From NCBI GenBank assembly GCA_047967505.1, contig CM106538.1: 64,000 bases of DNA, one strand, 5' to 3'. The notes under the pieces were generated by a model that searched no databases, was not told where the DNA came from, and saw nothing but the letters and a program-made list of their open reading frames with translations. Shown piece by piece: positions 1-11,279 of the stretch. The position numbers and the translations under genes are program-made. The stretch's first letter is position 1. Every line of letters begins with the position of its first letter. This stretch comes from Dipteris shenzhenensis. Its lineage: Eukaryota.

Positions 1-320
1 GAGGAGGGGAGGGGAGGCTGTGGGGGCAGAAAACAAAAGCAGGGGGAATGTCTCTAGGCTTGGATACACACTTGAGCATAGATTTTAGGGGACATTGATA
101 CCATGGTAGAGAAAGTGGGATATGGTGGTGGATAAGGTAACCCTATTTTTTGGATGCTCAATGTTTGAAGCTATACTAGTTACGTGAATGACAGGTTGAT
201 AGCACATATTTTGGTATGTGCATACTTTAATGCTTGGTTAATTTGTTCCCAATATTGATTGCTATTTTTTGTGTACTGGATTTTTTTTAAAACAGATTTT
301 TTTGTGTGTATTGGAATTAG

Positions 321-368
321 GTGACTAGGTTGTACAAGGAGAAAGAACATGCAGAGATGGAATTTGTG
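321..368 (+). CDS. Alpha-mannosidase (GH38) internal exon
   Basis: AG|GTG...GTG|GTAAAG boundaries; 48 nt encoding VTRLYKEKEHAEMEFV, resembling the plant GH38 segment (I/V)TRxYKxKEHxExEF; in frame with the next exon. Confidence 0.88.
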
Positions 369-501
369 GTAAAGACAATTTTATAATTCCATTTTTGTAT
401 CTTAGTTGTGTTTTGAAAGAACTAGGTTGATAGAATGCAATAAGTGTTGCATCCCTCCATTCCTTAGTATCTTTCATGGTTTGAAAGTATACAAAATACA
501 G

Positions 502-621
502 GTTGGTGCAGTTCCTATAGAAGATGCTATTGGAAAAGATGTGATTGTCCGCTTGGTCACTGATGTCAACAGCAAGAATGTGTTCTACACAGACTCAAAT
601 GGTCGGGATTTCATCAAAAGA
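502..621 (+). CDS. Alpha-mannosidase (GH38) internal exon
   Basis: CAG|GTT...AGA|GTAAGT; 120 nt encoding VGAVPIEDAIGKDVIVRLVTDVNSKNVFYTDSNGRDFIKR, containing the conserved GH38 motif FYTDSNGR. Confidence 0.93.
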
Positions 622-784
622 GTAAGTCTATATCCTATGTTCAGGTCCAAGTTTTGCTCTCATAATATATTTCTATTTAAGTATACATATTTTATATTTT
701 GCTGTTGCTACTTTGAGCGACCAACTCACCTATCCTTGCTTTTTCTGTGTTCCATTCTCTCCTTTACTTTAGATTGTTTTCAAT

Positions 785-1954
785 GAAAAGACTCTTCTTA
801 AATACCCAAGAGCAATGTTCATGGTGGAAATACATAATTTAGAGCATGAGAAACAAAACACCTAGAGTGGGCAAATAGCTGCTCATCAAAGAGAGCTAGA
901 AAAGCACCAAGGTTGAGGCTGAAAGGGCCACCTCAACCCTGTTGTGCACTCTGAGAAAAAAGGGGAGCCACCCCAATTCTTGAGGAAGACAGTCCTCTTG
1001 CAAGAAGCCGCCAAGGAAGAGCCTTGCATGCTCACCCAAGTGATCATCAAATTGTGTGCAAGATCTGTCCAAATACTAGACAAAGTGGACGAAGGGGGGA
1101 TCTGCGAGCCATCCAAGGCCTCTGCTCATCTGGATCCAAATATGCCGTGCTGTAATGCTCAACAGAATCTCCCAAAAAGTATTCACCAAGGCACATGTAG
1201 GATTGTAAGGAAAGCGGGGAATTGGGAAGAATCATACTTGTGAGAATGCAAATGGGTGCAATGCATGCATAATTTTGACGACGTTGATGGATGCAATGCA
1301 TGCAAATTGGCGCTTCAATAGGGAAAAGCTCCCTGAGTACTTGTTTTTGTTTGATCTATATGCAAGTGAGAGATTGCGGATGAATGCAAGGTGCTAGAGA
1401 GAATGCTACGTGAGATTCACAACAACGAAGGGGGATAGTCCTTCATTAATCTCCCTCGAGATCATTCAAGTTCCATCTTCCCATTTAGACCTACCCTTAG
1501 CCTATGACCCATGCACCTGCCATTCAATGCACTCTAATGCACCCTGCAATTTCCTATTGTCTCTAGGACCTAAACACCTGGGAGCACATCCTTATTAATA
1601 AAATAAGTGTTACATGTCCAAATTTGGTGCTGTCTAAAGCAGTGGCTCTAGCTAAACAGGCCCTATCTACTTAGACGATCCACCGCATTAAGAACAACAG
1701 CAGTTGGTGTCCATCATAACTGCAAACACATGTCACCTTTAAATTGATGTATAATGTAATAATGTTCTAATGTCTATTAATGATAAAATTTCTCTTATCA
1801 TGACAGGAACATCATCCAGAGAGCATGCCTTAACTATATTGCGTCAAACCAAAAAATCCCCAAGAAGAGAGTCATGCCTCTCATAAAGGGCTTGAGGCCC
1901 TGAAAGAGAGAGCTAAGCCACTGAACACAGATCATGAAGGAGGAAGGAACAAGA
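785..1954 (-). mobile_element. Decayed L1-type LINE fragment (continues after 4914)
   Basis: Nucleotide similarity of about 905-1200 and 1806-1940 to about 6350-6790, which lies downstream (on -) of an L1 endonuclease; boundaries approximate. Confidence 0.55.
1204..1805. mobile_element. Possible solo LTR or insertion of about 600 bp within the L1 fragment
   Basis: Absent from the homologous L1 copy near 6650-6680; TG...CA ends (TGTAAGG...TCATGACA); no clean TSD found. Confidence 0.3.
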
Positions 1955-3200
1955 TGTTGGAAAGGTCACCTCCCCATCTGTAAGCCCCCAAATGAGGAGA
2001 GCGTGGGGGAGGGAGACCTAGGGCAGGATGTGCCCAAAGAGAGAATACCTGGATGTGTGGATCTGGGACAGATCTGGAGCATTCATGGTTGGCGGGGTAT
2101 CCCGAGGTACACAAGCCTACATGGAGAGCTATTGAGCGAGGTTTGTGGCCAGGTACATGGCCTGCAACATGCTCTGGATATGGCGCAATGAAGGCAGGTG
2201 TGCAGCAGCAGGGTCGGCGGCCTGTGTAGATAGGCTGATTGGACTGGGTATAGCCAGCCAGACAGGCCTGGTTATGGGCTGGCCAGTGGAATGCCCCCTG
2301 CATAAGCAAATAAGGCAGTACCCTGCCCTTTATACAGGGCTAGCAGGCTGGTCGGCTGGCCAATTGAAGTCGGCCAGCACACAGCCCCAAAAGGGCAGCC
2401 CACAGCCCCATAAATGGGGAGCTGTGGGGTCGGTTGATGGACAGACAAAGTCGGCCAGGAAGCCCCTTCAAGTCGGTCAGTTTTGAGCCCCTTTGGGGCC
2501 TATAAAAGGAGCCCTTTGGCAGGGCATTCAACATCCAACAGTTCAGCAAAAGCAGGAGCAGACAGGAGCAGCCAGGAGCCACTCCCTTGGGCCTCACACT
2601 GGGGGTGAAGGAGAGTTGAAGGTGAGCTGCAGGCTGAGTTCCTAGAGGCTGGACCTTGGCTGCCTTCTAGGGCAGCAAGGTGTTGTGATCACATTCTCTG
2701 GAGCAGCCCTCTGACAGCAGATAGGAGCAGCAAGAAGGCAAGCCTTGGACCTGTATTTAGGAGGTGAAGGTGACCTTGAAGGAGCTGCAGACTGGGCTTG
2801 AGTGGCAGCCCACCTAGGCTGGTTTCCAGACAGCAAGGTGGAGAGGATCGTTCTGGACGGAAAGTCTACAGATGTTCGAGGTGGAGCACGTGGACTCAAG
2901 TCTAGAGATAGCCGGCAGATAGGAGAAGGACCTTGTGGTTAGATCAGAGGACCACACCATTGGTGGGACTCTGGATCTCTCTCTTTTGTATTGTGTCCAT
3001 AGTTTTGGACGGAAATATATGAGTTTTGGTGTCTTCTATATCTGGCTGGTTAATTGTCTATTGATGAGTCTGCACACCTATTTTATGCACATTAAGTAAA
3101 GAAGTTTGTGATTCCACATCCCACACGCACACTGTGTGAGCTCCTGGGCATTACTATAAGTCTTCCGCTGCGTGTACCCTTTGTTGGGCAATTTCTAAGA
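1955..3200 (+). repeat. 5' LTR (1246 bp)
   Basis: Starts TGTTGG, ends TTCTAAGA (degenerate ACA), followed by PBS; TATA-like CTATAAAAGG near 2500. Confidence 0.88.
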
Positions 3201-3765
3201 TGGTATCAGAGCCCAAGTAGGAGGCTCATAGGTGTGGGAGCCTGAAGGCAGGGACCTTGCTGAAGGACGACCCTGATTTAGAAGCTCTTGGGAATGGACT
3301 TCCACGACTGGAGGATTGTGCCCTTGCGAGAAGGAGGGTGACTCAGGTTCAGTCAGGTGCATTAAAAGTTCGCGGTCCAAGTTATCTTGAGATGTACTTT
3401 TGTTGCAGACCTTGCCAAAGGAAGGACGGGTTGAAACAGACCCTCAGAGCATGGTGCCTGGAAGACTCCAGGTTGTTCACTCATTATGAGAGGGACAACA
3501 GGAAGATTGTGGAGGCTGGGTTGCTCGAATTCGAAGGCAGGAATGTGACGGAAGGGGTGGTGCCAGGAGGTGCTACCAGAGATGGACTTGTGTACCAGGA
3601 TGGTGTGCGGAAGCGGAAGCGGACCTGGTGGAGCAGGAGCCACTGGATGAAAAGCCAGGAAAAGGTTTCGACATTGAAAAGTTCTAGAGGACTACGACCA
3701 AGGAGTTATTGGAGCATCTTCATCGACGTGTTGGCATTGGGCCTGGATGTGTCGGTGAGAGGGGG

Positions 3766-4913
3766 TGTTGGAAAGGTCACCTCCCCATCTGTAAGCCCGC
3801 AAATGAGGAGAGCGTGGGGGAGGGAGACCTAGGGCAGGATGTGCCCAAAGAGAGAATGCATGGATGTGTGGATCTGGGACAGATCTGGAGCATTCATGGC
3901 TGGCGGGGTATCCCGAGGTACACAAGCCTACATGGAGAGCTATTGAGCGAGGTTTGTGGGCAGGTACATGGCCTGCAACATGCTCTGGATATGGCGCAAT
4001 GAAGGCACGTGTGCAGCAGCAGGTGGTTATGGGCTGGCCAGTGGAATGCCCGCTGCATAAGCAAATAAGGCAGTACCCTGCCCTTTATACAGGGCTAGCA
4101 GGCTGGTCGGCTGGCCAATCAAAGTCGGCCAGCACACAGCCCCAAAAGGGCAGCCCACAGCCCCATAAATGGGGAGCTGTGGGGTCAGTTGATGGACAGA
4201 CAAAGTCGGCCAGGAACGGTCAGTTTTGAGCCCCTTTGGGGCCTATAAAAGGAGCCCTTTGGCAGGGCATTCAACATCCAACAGTTCAGCAAAAGCAGGA
4301 GCAGCCAGGACCCACTCACTTGGGCCTCACACTGGGGGTGAAGGAGAGTTGAAGGTGAGCTGCAGACTGAGTTTCTAGATGCTGGACCTTGTTTGTCTTC
4401 TAGGGCAGCAAGGTGTTGTGATCACATTCTCTGGAGCAGCCCTCTGACAGCAGACAGGAGCAGCAAGAAGGCAAGCCTTGGGCCTATACATAGGAGGTGA
4501 AGGTGACCCTGAAGGAGCTGCAAACTGGGCTTGAGTGGCAGCCCACCTAGGCTGGCTTCCAGACAGCGGATGGAAAGTCTATAGACGCTCGAGGTGGAGC
4601 ACGCGGACTCAAGTCTAGAGATAGCCGGCAGATAGGAGAAGGACCTTGTGGTTAGATCAGAGGACCACACCATTGGTGGGACTCTGGATCTATCTCTTTT
4701 GTATTGTGTCCATAGTTTTGGACGGAAATATATGAGTTTTGGTGTCTTCTATATCTGGCTGGTTAATTGTCTATTGATGAGTCTGCACACCTATTTTATG
4801 CACATTAAGTAAAGAAGTTTGTGATTCCACATCCCACACGCACACTGTGTGAGCTCCTGGGCATTACTATAAGTCTTCTGCTGTGCGTACCCTCTGTTGG
4901 GTCATTTCTAACA
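3766..4913 (+). repeat. 3' LTR (1148 bp)
   Basis: TGTTGG...TTCTAACA; collinear with the 5' LTR apart from several deletions. Confidence 0.88.
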
Positions 4914-7900
4914 CAAAAATGCTTAAAAGACTAGCAATCCCCTTCTAGATAAACCTCACCTATCTACAAACCCATAGACAATGCTGAATAGACTCCTCAA
5001 CAGCAAGGCAACTAGGGTAAGTGGGGGCCGCTTCGAACCTAGACCTCCATTAGTTCATTGTAATAGAAAGGATGATTTTTCTATTCTCGAGGGATTTCCA
5101 GAGTCTCTTACAAAAAGATTTTTGCAAGTCAGCAAAAATCTGAAAATTTTGCCCAATGAGGAGCTTTGGTGGGCTTCCAACCCTTAAGGCTGAGCTCAAA
5201 TTTCTAAATATGTAGCGAAATAAAGGGAGGCTCTTATCTTGGTTCCCTGCATCAATCCACTCCCACCCCCTAGGGTCCCATTGCAAGTGCTTATCTTACC
5301 GACAGCCATCTATCTTTATTTAAAAAAATTTGAGTTACATCGACGACACTTAGATTTGATTTAGTCATTCGAGTTCGTATCCATTCTTGCATAGAAAACA
5401 TGTATGTCTGCCATCTTGAATGACCATGGAGATGAATGAGGGAAGAAGAGAGGTTGAAGAGGAGCTTCTCATCAGCACATTAAGTAGATACAAGAGAAAA
5501 ACAACAAAGCTAAAACTAGAGCAATGAGGTGTAGGCTTGCATGTCCCCTTTGGCATCTTTGATTTCTTTGAAGTGCCTTGTCATTTCTTACAAGGGTGTT
5601 CGGTTTGGCATTTTTCTCTCCTTGATTCTCAGTGTTGGACGGGAACAAAGCAAGATTCTTTTGCCAAGGACTCAACCACACAATTTGAAATCCTTGAATA
5701 TGTTTTCTTTTTCCGAAAAAGAGAATTCTATGAAGTATGAAAAAAATCCGCAAGAGCAAGGACGAAGCGGAAGTACATCATGCATGGCATGAACAAAAAG
5801 ACCATTCAAAGTAGGCTAATAGAAAATCTCAATGCAAACTGGAAAGAAACCAAGGGAGAGGCTGAAAGTGCCATCTCAATCTTGCTATAGACTTCGAGAA
5901 GAAGAGAGAGCCCAGTTCATGAAAAAAGGAGAAGGCATAAATGTGCTCAATAGTCTAGCCCCCCTTCCAAACGATCCTCGCCTATCTGTAGGCTCATAAG
6001 CAATGCTGAATAGTCTCATCAATAGCGAGGCAACGAGTATATGTGGAATCTGCCTCAAACCTCGATCTCTACTAGCTCACCACAATCATAGAAAGCCAAA
6101 AGAAAAGAGTGATTTTTTTAGTCTTGAGGGATATTTGGAGTCTCTTCCAAAAGGATTTCTGCAGATCAGTAGAAATCTGAAAATTCTCCCTATGAGGAGC
6201 TCTAGTACGATTCCTTTTTTTCCAAGAAATAGACTTCTATTAAGGATGAACAAAAATTGTGAGAGCTAGCTCAAAGCGGAAATACAACAGGCAGAGCATG
6301 AAATAAGGTCTCAAGATGCCCAAAAAAACTCCTCAAAAGGAGGTAGAAAATCCAAGGTTGAGGCTGTGAAATGACCATCACAACCTTGTAGAGGACTTTG
6401 AGAAGAAAGGGGACCCTCTCCATTCCTTAAGGATAGTAACCCTCCTAGCAAAGGCCACTTGGAAAGACCCCTGCATGCTCATCCAAGTGGTCATCAATGT
6501 ATGTATAGCATCTATCCAAATGCTGGCCAAAGTATGAGAGAGAGGGGTGGACCAAGGAATAGTCCAAGGCCTCTGTGCATCTAGCTCTCTAGATATGCCA
6601 CGCTGAAATGCTTGTCAGAATCTTCCAAGAGGAATTCACAGAAACATGTACCACTCTAAAAGGTAAGGTTGGAACATCATCCAGAGGGCATGACTCAACG
6701 AAGTGTTGCGCTGATGAAGAGTCATGCCTCTTGTAAAATACCAGAGGATCTGAAAGGGAAAGATTGAACCCAAGGTCATGAAGAAAGGATGGCCTGTCTA
6801 CAATCCCATAAGCAATGCTGAACTGATTCCATCGCTAAGTGGCAACGAGGACATGTAGAGTCAGCCCCAAACCTGGATCTCCGTAGGTTCACTGCAATCC
6901 TACCAAAAGCATAAAGTGAATTTTCTATTCCTGTGGGATTTCCAGAGTCTCTTCCAAAAGATTTTGTGCAAATCAGAAGAAATCTAAAAATTCTCCCAAA
7001 GAGGAGCTCTGGAGGGTCTTCAGCCTATGCAATTGATCCTTGAAACCTTCTGGCATTACTTTAGAGTGTAACGAAAGAAGGAGAGGCTCTTCTCTCGATG
7101 CCATTCATCAATCCATTCCCACTCCCTGGCTGCCAATGCAAATAATTTATTGGGACTCCACCATAGAGCCACAATCTCCATGAACCCAAGGCCAAGATAA
7201 GTGGGTCAGGGTCTAGATACCATTGAGAATTTGAGCCATGCTCTACAAAACCAATGACCCTAATAGGCTGGTCCCCTCCTGTGTAAGGGTGAGAAAACCA
7301 ACCTTATGTCTCCCGATCAAAAGAATGGCCCATTGAGCTCTAGAGGGAATGATGATACTATGTCCAGCCACTAGGGGGAGAATAGAATCTGAAACTGAAA
7401 TGCATGTTCCACCCCTAGTGCCCAAGGTAGGTGACCAAAACGTGCGACCTGAAACCAATTTACCTGATACAGCACAACTGTGTCATCCAGCTTGTGTTCC
7501 TGAATAAAAAGAATGTCAATGGAGCCCCCTATAACACTTGGATGGAGCTGAATACGGATAAGCTTCCTACTCCGGCGATGTGGTATACCACCGAGGCCTT
7601 GTATGTTCCAAGTAACAATCCTCATCGGTGGGAGAAGTAGCATGGAACATTTACCCAACCTAGTGGCGGAAACAAACCCTTTGATGGGGGAAGACAACCT
7701 GCTCGAAGAGCGAGGAAGAGAACCAAGCGGAGTAAAATTTATGGGGTGAAAGAACTCGTCCACTTGAAAAGGAAGCCACCCTGGGATGAAAAGGAATAAC
7801 AACCACTGTTAATAGGTGGAGGGCACAAACTTCTCATCAGAAAAGTCTGCTAGATCTTCCAGGCCAAAAAGAAGTTCTTGAAGATCAGGCCTAGCATAGG

Positions 7901-8851
7901 TACGTAAGATGCATGTAGTCGAAACAAGAGAGACAGTGTGCACAACCCCCTTCTCTCTATCTATGACAAAGGACACGGACGAAGGATGAGCTTGCTCGGA
8001 AGAACCCTGACCACAAATATCTGCAATAGGTTTAAGGAGAGGAGCTGCAATCACGGCATCGTCTAGAGCATCATCTCGAGTAAGCAGGGCTTAACCTTAG
8101 GTATCACTGTGGTCGAAGCTTGAAGTACCACTGTGGTCGTAGCCTAAGGGGAATCATGAGAGTCACTAGCCACAACCAGAATGGGAATGTATGAATCCCC
8201 TATCGTGTGGCTGGGTTCGGGATATGTGAGGGCCCCTCCTGAGCTGTTGGCGGTGGAGATGCATGGACACCAAGTAGAAATTAACGGGAGACGATTGGAG
8301 CAATGGGTGCGGGCTGAGTGGCACATGTATGAGGCGGTGCCGGAGGAACACTCTGAGAAGGAATAGTATGAGGACGCCATGGAGGTCACAGAGGAGTTGC
8401 AACAGAAGGCTTTTTGGGCCTCTTTTTCTTTCTCGGTCAATCCCTAGCAAAATGCCCAAAGGTCCTATAGATCCTACATAGGTTCGGTCTACCCGTAATC
8501 TCGACTCTCTGCTGAAAGAAAGAACCATTAGGGCGCTGGAGCATGATATGATCATTGGATAAGATAGGGTCATCAACGACAACCCTAACGCCAGGAACCC
8601 CATCTGATTTGACCGCTTCTACTGTGCTGAAGAGGGTAAATTAGGGTGGGGGGATCTCAATGACAATTCCAAACCGCTCTCCAATCAAAGCGAGCAGCTG
8701 ATAGTAAACCTGAGGAAGGCCGGGGAACCTGATGAAGAGTGAAGTGTCGTGACTATCCTCTTCTACTAGGAAAAAACCCAGCTTGAAATGAGCCAAAAGA
8801 TCTTCTTATAATCCAACTGCAATGATTTGGCTTTGAGAACCATGCCCGCAG
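4914..8851 (-). mobile_element. Decayed L1-type LINE(s): ORF1 remnant, APE endonuclease and repeated endonuclease/linker fragments
   Basis: MRIVTWNIQGLGG...IDILFIQEHKL (ORF 7371-7802) is an L1 APE N-terminus; homologous to 29544-30890; a similar block recurs near 4930-5290, 5945-6200 and 6800-7140. Confidence 0.8.
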
Positions 8852-9282
8852 TGTCACGATCTGTGACGTATTCCTTTCTCTATTTCTAGACTTATGGATG
8901 GTTTGATGAATGGACACTTGTGAAAGGGTATGCCCTTTCGACGGGACACTTGCCCTTTCGACGGGACACTTCCTAATGAGGCATAACCCTTCACAAGAGA
9001 CATTCTAATGAAGAGACATTCCTATTGTAATGTACCCTCTCATCAAGGGTCACACCCTTCACAAGGGGTACACACCTCTTCATGCACATACCCTTTGGAG
9101 TACACACCTTTTCATGTGTGACTCTTCACTCTTTATATAAGAGAGGCCCAATTGTATGGATGACAACAACATCCACCCTACAGATATTCAAGCAATACAA
9201 TTATTCCTTGTTCTCTGCTATCTCAGTCTCTTTTCTGTTCCTTAGCACATTTCTAAATATAGTAAATCTAGGATTTCTTACA
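8852..9282 (+). repeat. 5' LTR of Ty3 element
   Basis: Direct repeat of 15352-15782; about 5 substitutions counted by eye. Confidence 0.95.
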
Positions 9283-9964
9283 GTGGTATCAGAGCAAAAT
9301 TCGCTCCTGCCTGTAGGAAATGCCCCCCACCTTCTAGCGTTGATCTGATACATCTTTTCCGCTAGAAGGACATCCGTGCACATTGTGCATGGAAGAGATG
9401 GAGAGGATGAGGGTAAAATTTTTAAACGCCTACCTGGCCTAAAGTCATCCTGGCCTCTCCATCTCCTTCACATCACAAGTTGATGTGAATGGACACGACA
9501 AAAATCATGTCTTTTCAGGTGCTTGGGCTGTCCCAAAACCAAGGGACGCACCTTTTCCACCATGGGACACACCCTTTGGTGACGAGTCTCGACTCCTCAC
9601 TCATGGGACATACCCCATCGTGGACAGAAGGACTTACCTATTCATGCAGGGTCACACCCCTTTTAACAATAGGGACATATCCCTTCATGAACAGGTGCAC
9701 CTATTCCAAGGGTCACACCCCTTCGAATAGGCACACCTTCTAGGCCCCAAGTACCTACAAAAGGGTACCTAGAGGGGTAAAAAAGGGAAAAAAATAAACC
9801 CATCCCCTACCCCTAGGTTTACCCTAGCTACCTAGGGTTAACTAAACCCCCCATTTAATTTTTGGGGCAACTAACCCATTAGGCAGCCCAACGAAAAGTC
9901 GCCCCTTCTCCAACGAAAAACTGCTACTATCGGAATTTCTGGCAGCCTGTGCAGCACCTGCGTC

Positions 9965-10270
9965 AGCCCGTACGGATTTCCGTACCATCTGCGTCGGCCA
10001 GCCATCAGTCTGCCGTACAGCCTGCACAAGCCTAGCCGTACCTTCTGCGCAAGCCTGCCGTACCATCTGCGCCAGCCCGTACGGATTTCCGTACCATCTG
10101 CGTCAGCCGTACGGCGAGCCATCAGTCTGCCGTACAGATTTCCTTCCCTGCAGCCAGCCGTTGCGTCCATTCGTACACAGCCTGCGCACGCCCTGCAGCC
10201 TTGCCCCTGCCGTACAAACCTGTGCAATTTCCTGCAACCTGCCACAGCCTGCGCCATTCGGTACGACCAG
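9965..10270 (+). promoter_or_regulatory. CCGTAC/GTAC motif array in the Ty3 leader
   Basis: About 12 CGTAC/GTACG sites in about 300 bp, CpG-rich; function inferred. Confidence 0.5.
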
Positions 10271-10646
10271 CCCTGCACACAGTCTCCTTGGCCTCGCCAG
10301 CCCCCCCCTCCTGCGCAGTCCTTTGACCCGCCAGGTTCCTTCGCTACTGCCTTTTCCTGCACAGTCCAGCCCCCAGCCCCTTGTTTCGCCATTTATTGGG
10401 TCCTGCCAAATTAGCACCAGTTGCAGCTCCTCGCGCGATGAAGACAGCCTGTTGACAGCCCGGACCAGACAAGTATCGAGCGCTCCTCGCAAACCATTGC
10501 ACCATGGATCTCCGGACACCGACTTGCAGCCTTCTTCTATGCAATAACTTGGCAGATTAAAGTATTGCCAGGTGGAGTCTTTCCAATCTGCTTTTTAAGG
10601 ATTCTCTTTAACAAATTACAGCAAATGAAAGAATCCACATTAAAGC

Positions 10647-11279
10647 ATGGAAACCCCTGGTAATTCACCCGGCATTTCAAGGAAACCTCAGGCATCAGCT
10701 ACCACACAATATCGTGTTCAAATTGCACAGCCAGCCTTTGCATCTTAGGTCTTCTATGTCACGTGCCCTCCTAGTGACTTGGACCACATCCTCTACCTTC
10801 TGCGTGAGGCACCTCAGTTACATGATTTCCTCAGCACAGTACAGGTTGTGTTCCACAAGACACGAAGATACCCAGAACACGATATTCCTCAGGAGTTTGC
10901 TGTTCATTTTTGGAGAGAATTTTACCCCTCACCTTCGGCATCTCCAGGGTACTCTCCACCTCCTTCAGCTCCCAGATATCCTCCTCTACAGGTTGTACCT
11001 TCTCCAAGTCAGTATTTACACTCTGAAGGCACTCCCTCTCCTGGATATCCTCCACTTCCGACAGCAGCTCCTTATCCCTTTTCAGATCCGTGGACTCTGC
11101 TACCTACCCCTGTCCTATCACGAGCAGTAACACCACTTTCAGCATCACCAATATTACCTCAGACAGGACCTCCCTTACCAGATTTCCACGGGTGGTTCCA
11201 TCCTGCCTCGCCTGCCCCCTCCAACATGAGCAACCTCAGGGAGCAGCCCGAATCCTCTTCCAGGAATGGTACAAACTAG
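10647..11279 (+). pseudogene. Putative accessory ORF upstream of gag (210 codons, one in-frame TAG, proline-rich C-terminal half)
   Basis: ATG at 10647 (AGCATGG) is in frame with ORF 10779-11279; single TAG at 10746-10748; stop overlaps the gag start region. Confidence 0.45.

Larger units (their letters stand above)
1955..4913 (+). mobile_element. Non-autonomous LTR retrotransposon with large LTRs and a 565 bp internal region (TRIM/LARD-like)
   Basis: Direct repeats 1955-3200 and 3766-4913; PBS TGGTATCAGAGC at 3201-3212; PPT GAGAGGGGG before 3766; TSD CAAGA/CAAAA (1 mismatch); no RT or integrase. Confidence 0.9.

Noticed and set aside
406-786. 126 aa ORF as a standalone gene
   Set aside because: Only 502-621 is mannosidase-like and it is bounded by AG/GT; the rest is intron read-through
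3201-3212. TGGTATCAGAGC sites as tRNA genes
   Set aside because: These are primer-binding sites complementary to the tRNA-iMet 3' end; no cloverleaf present
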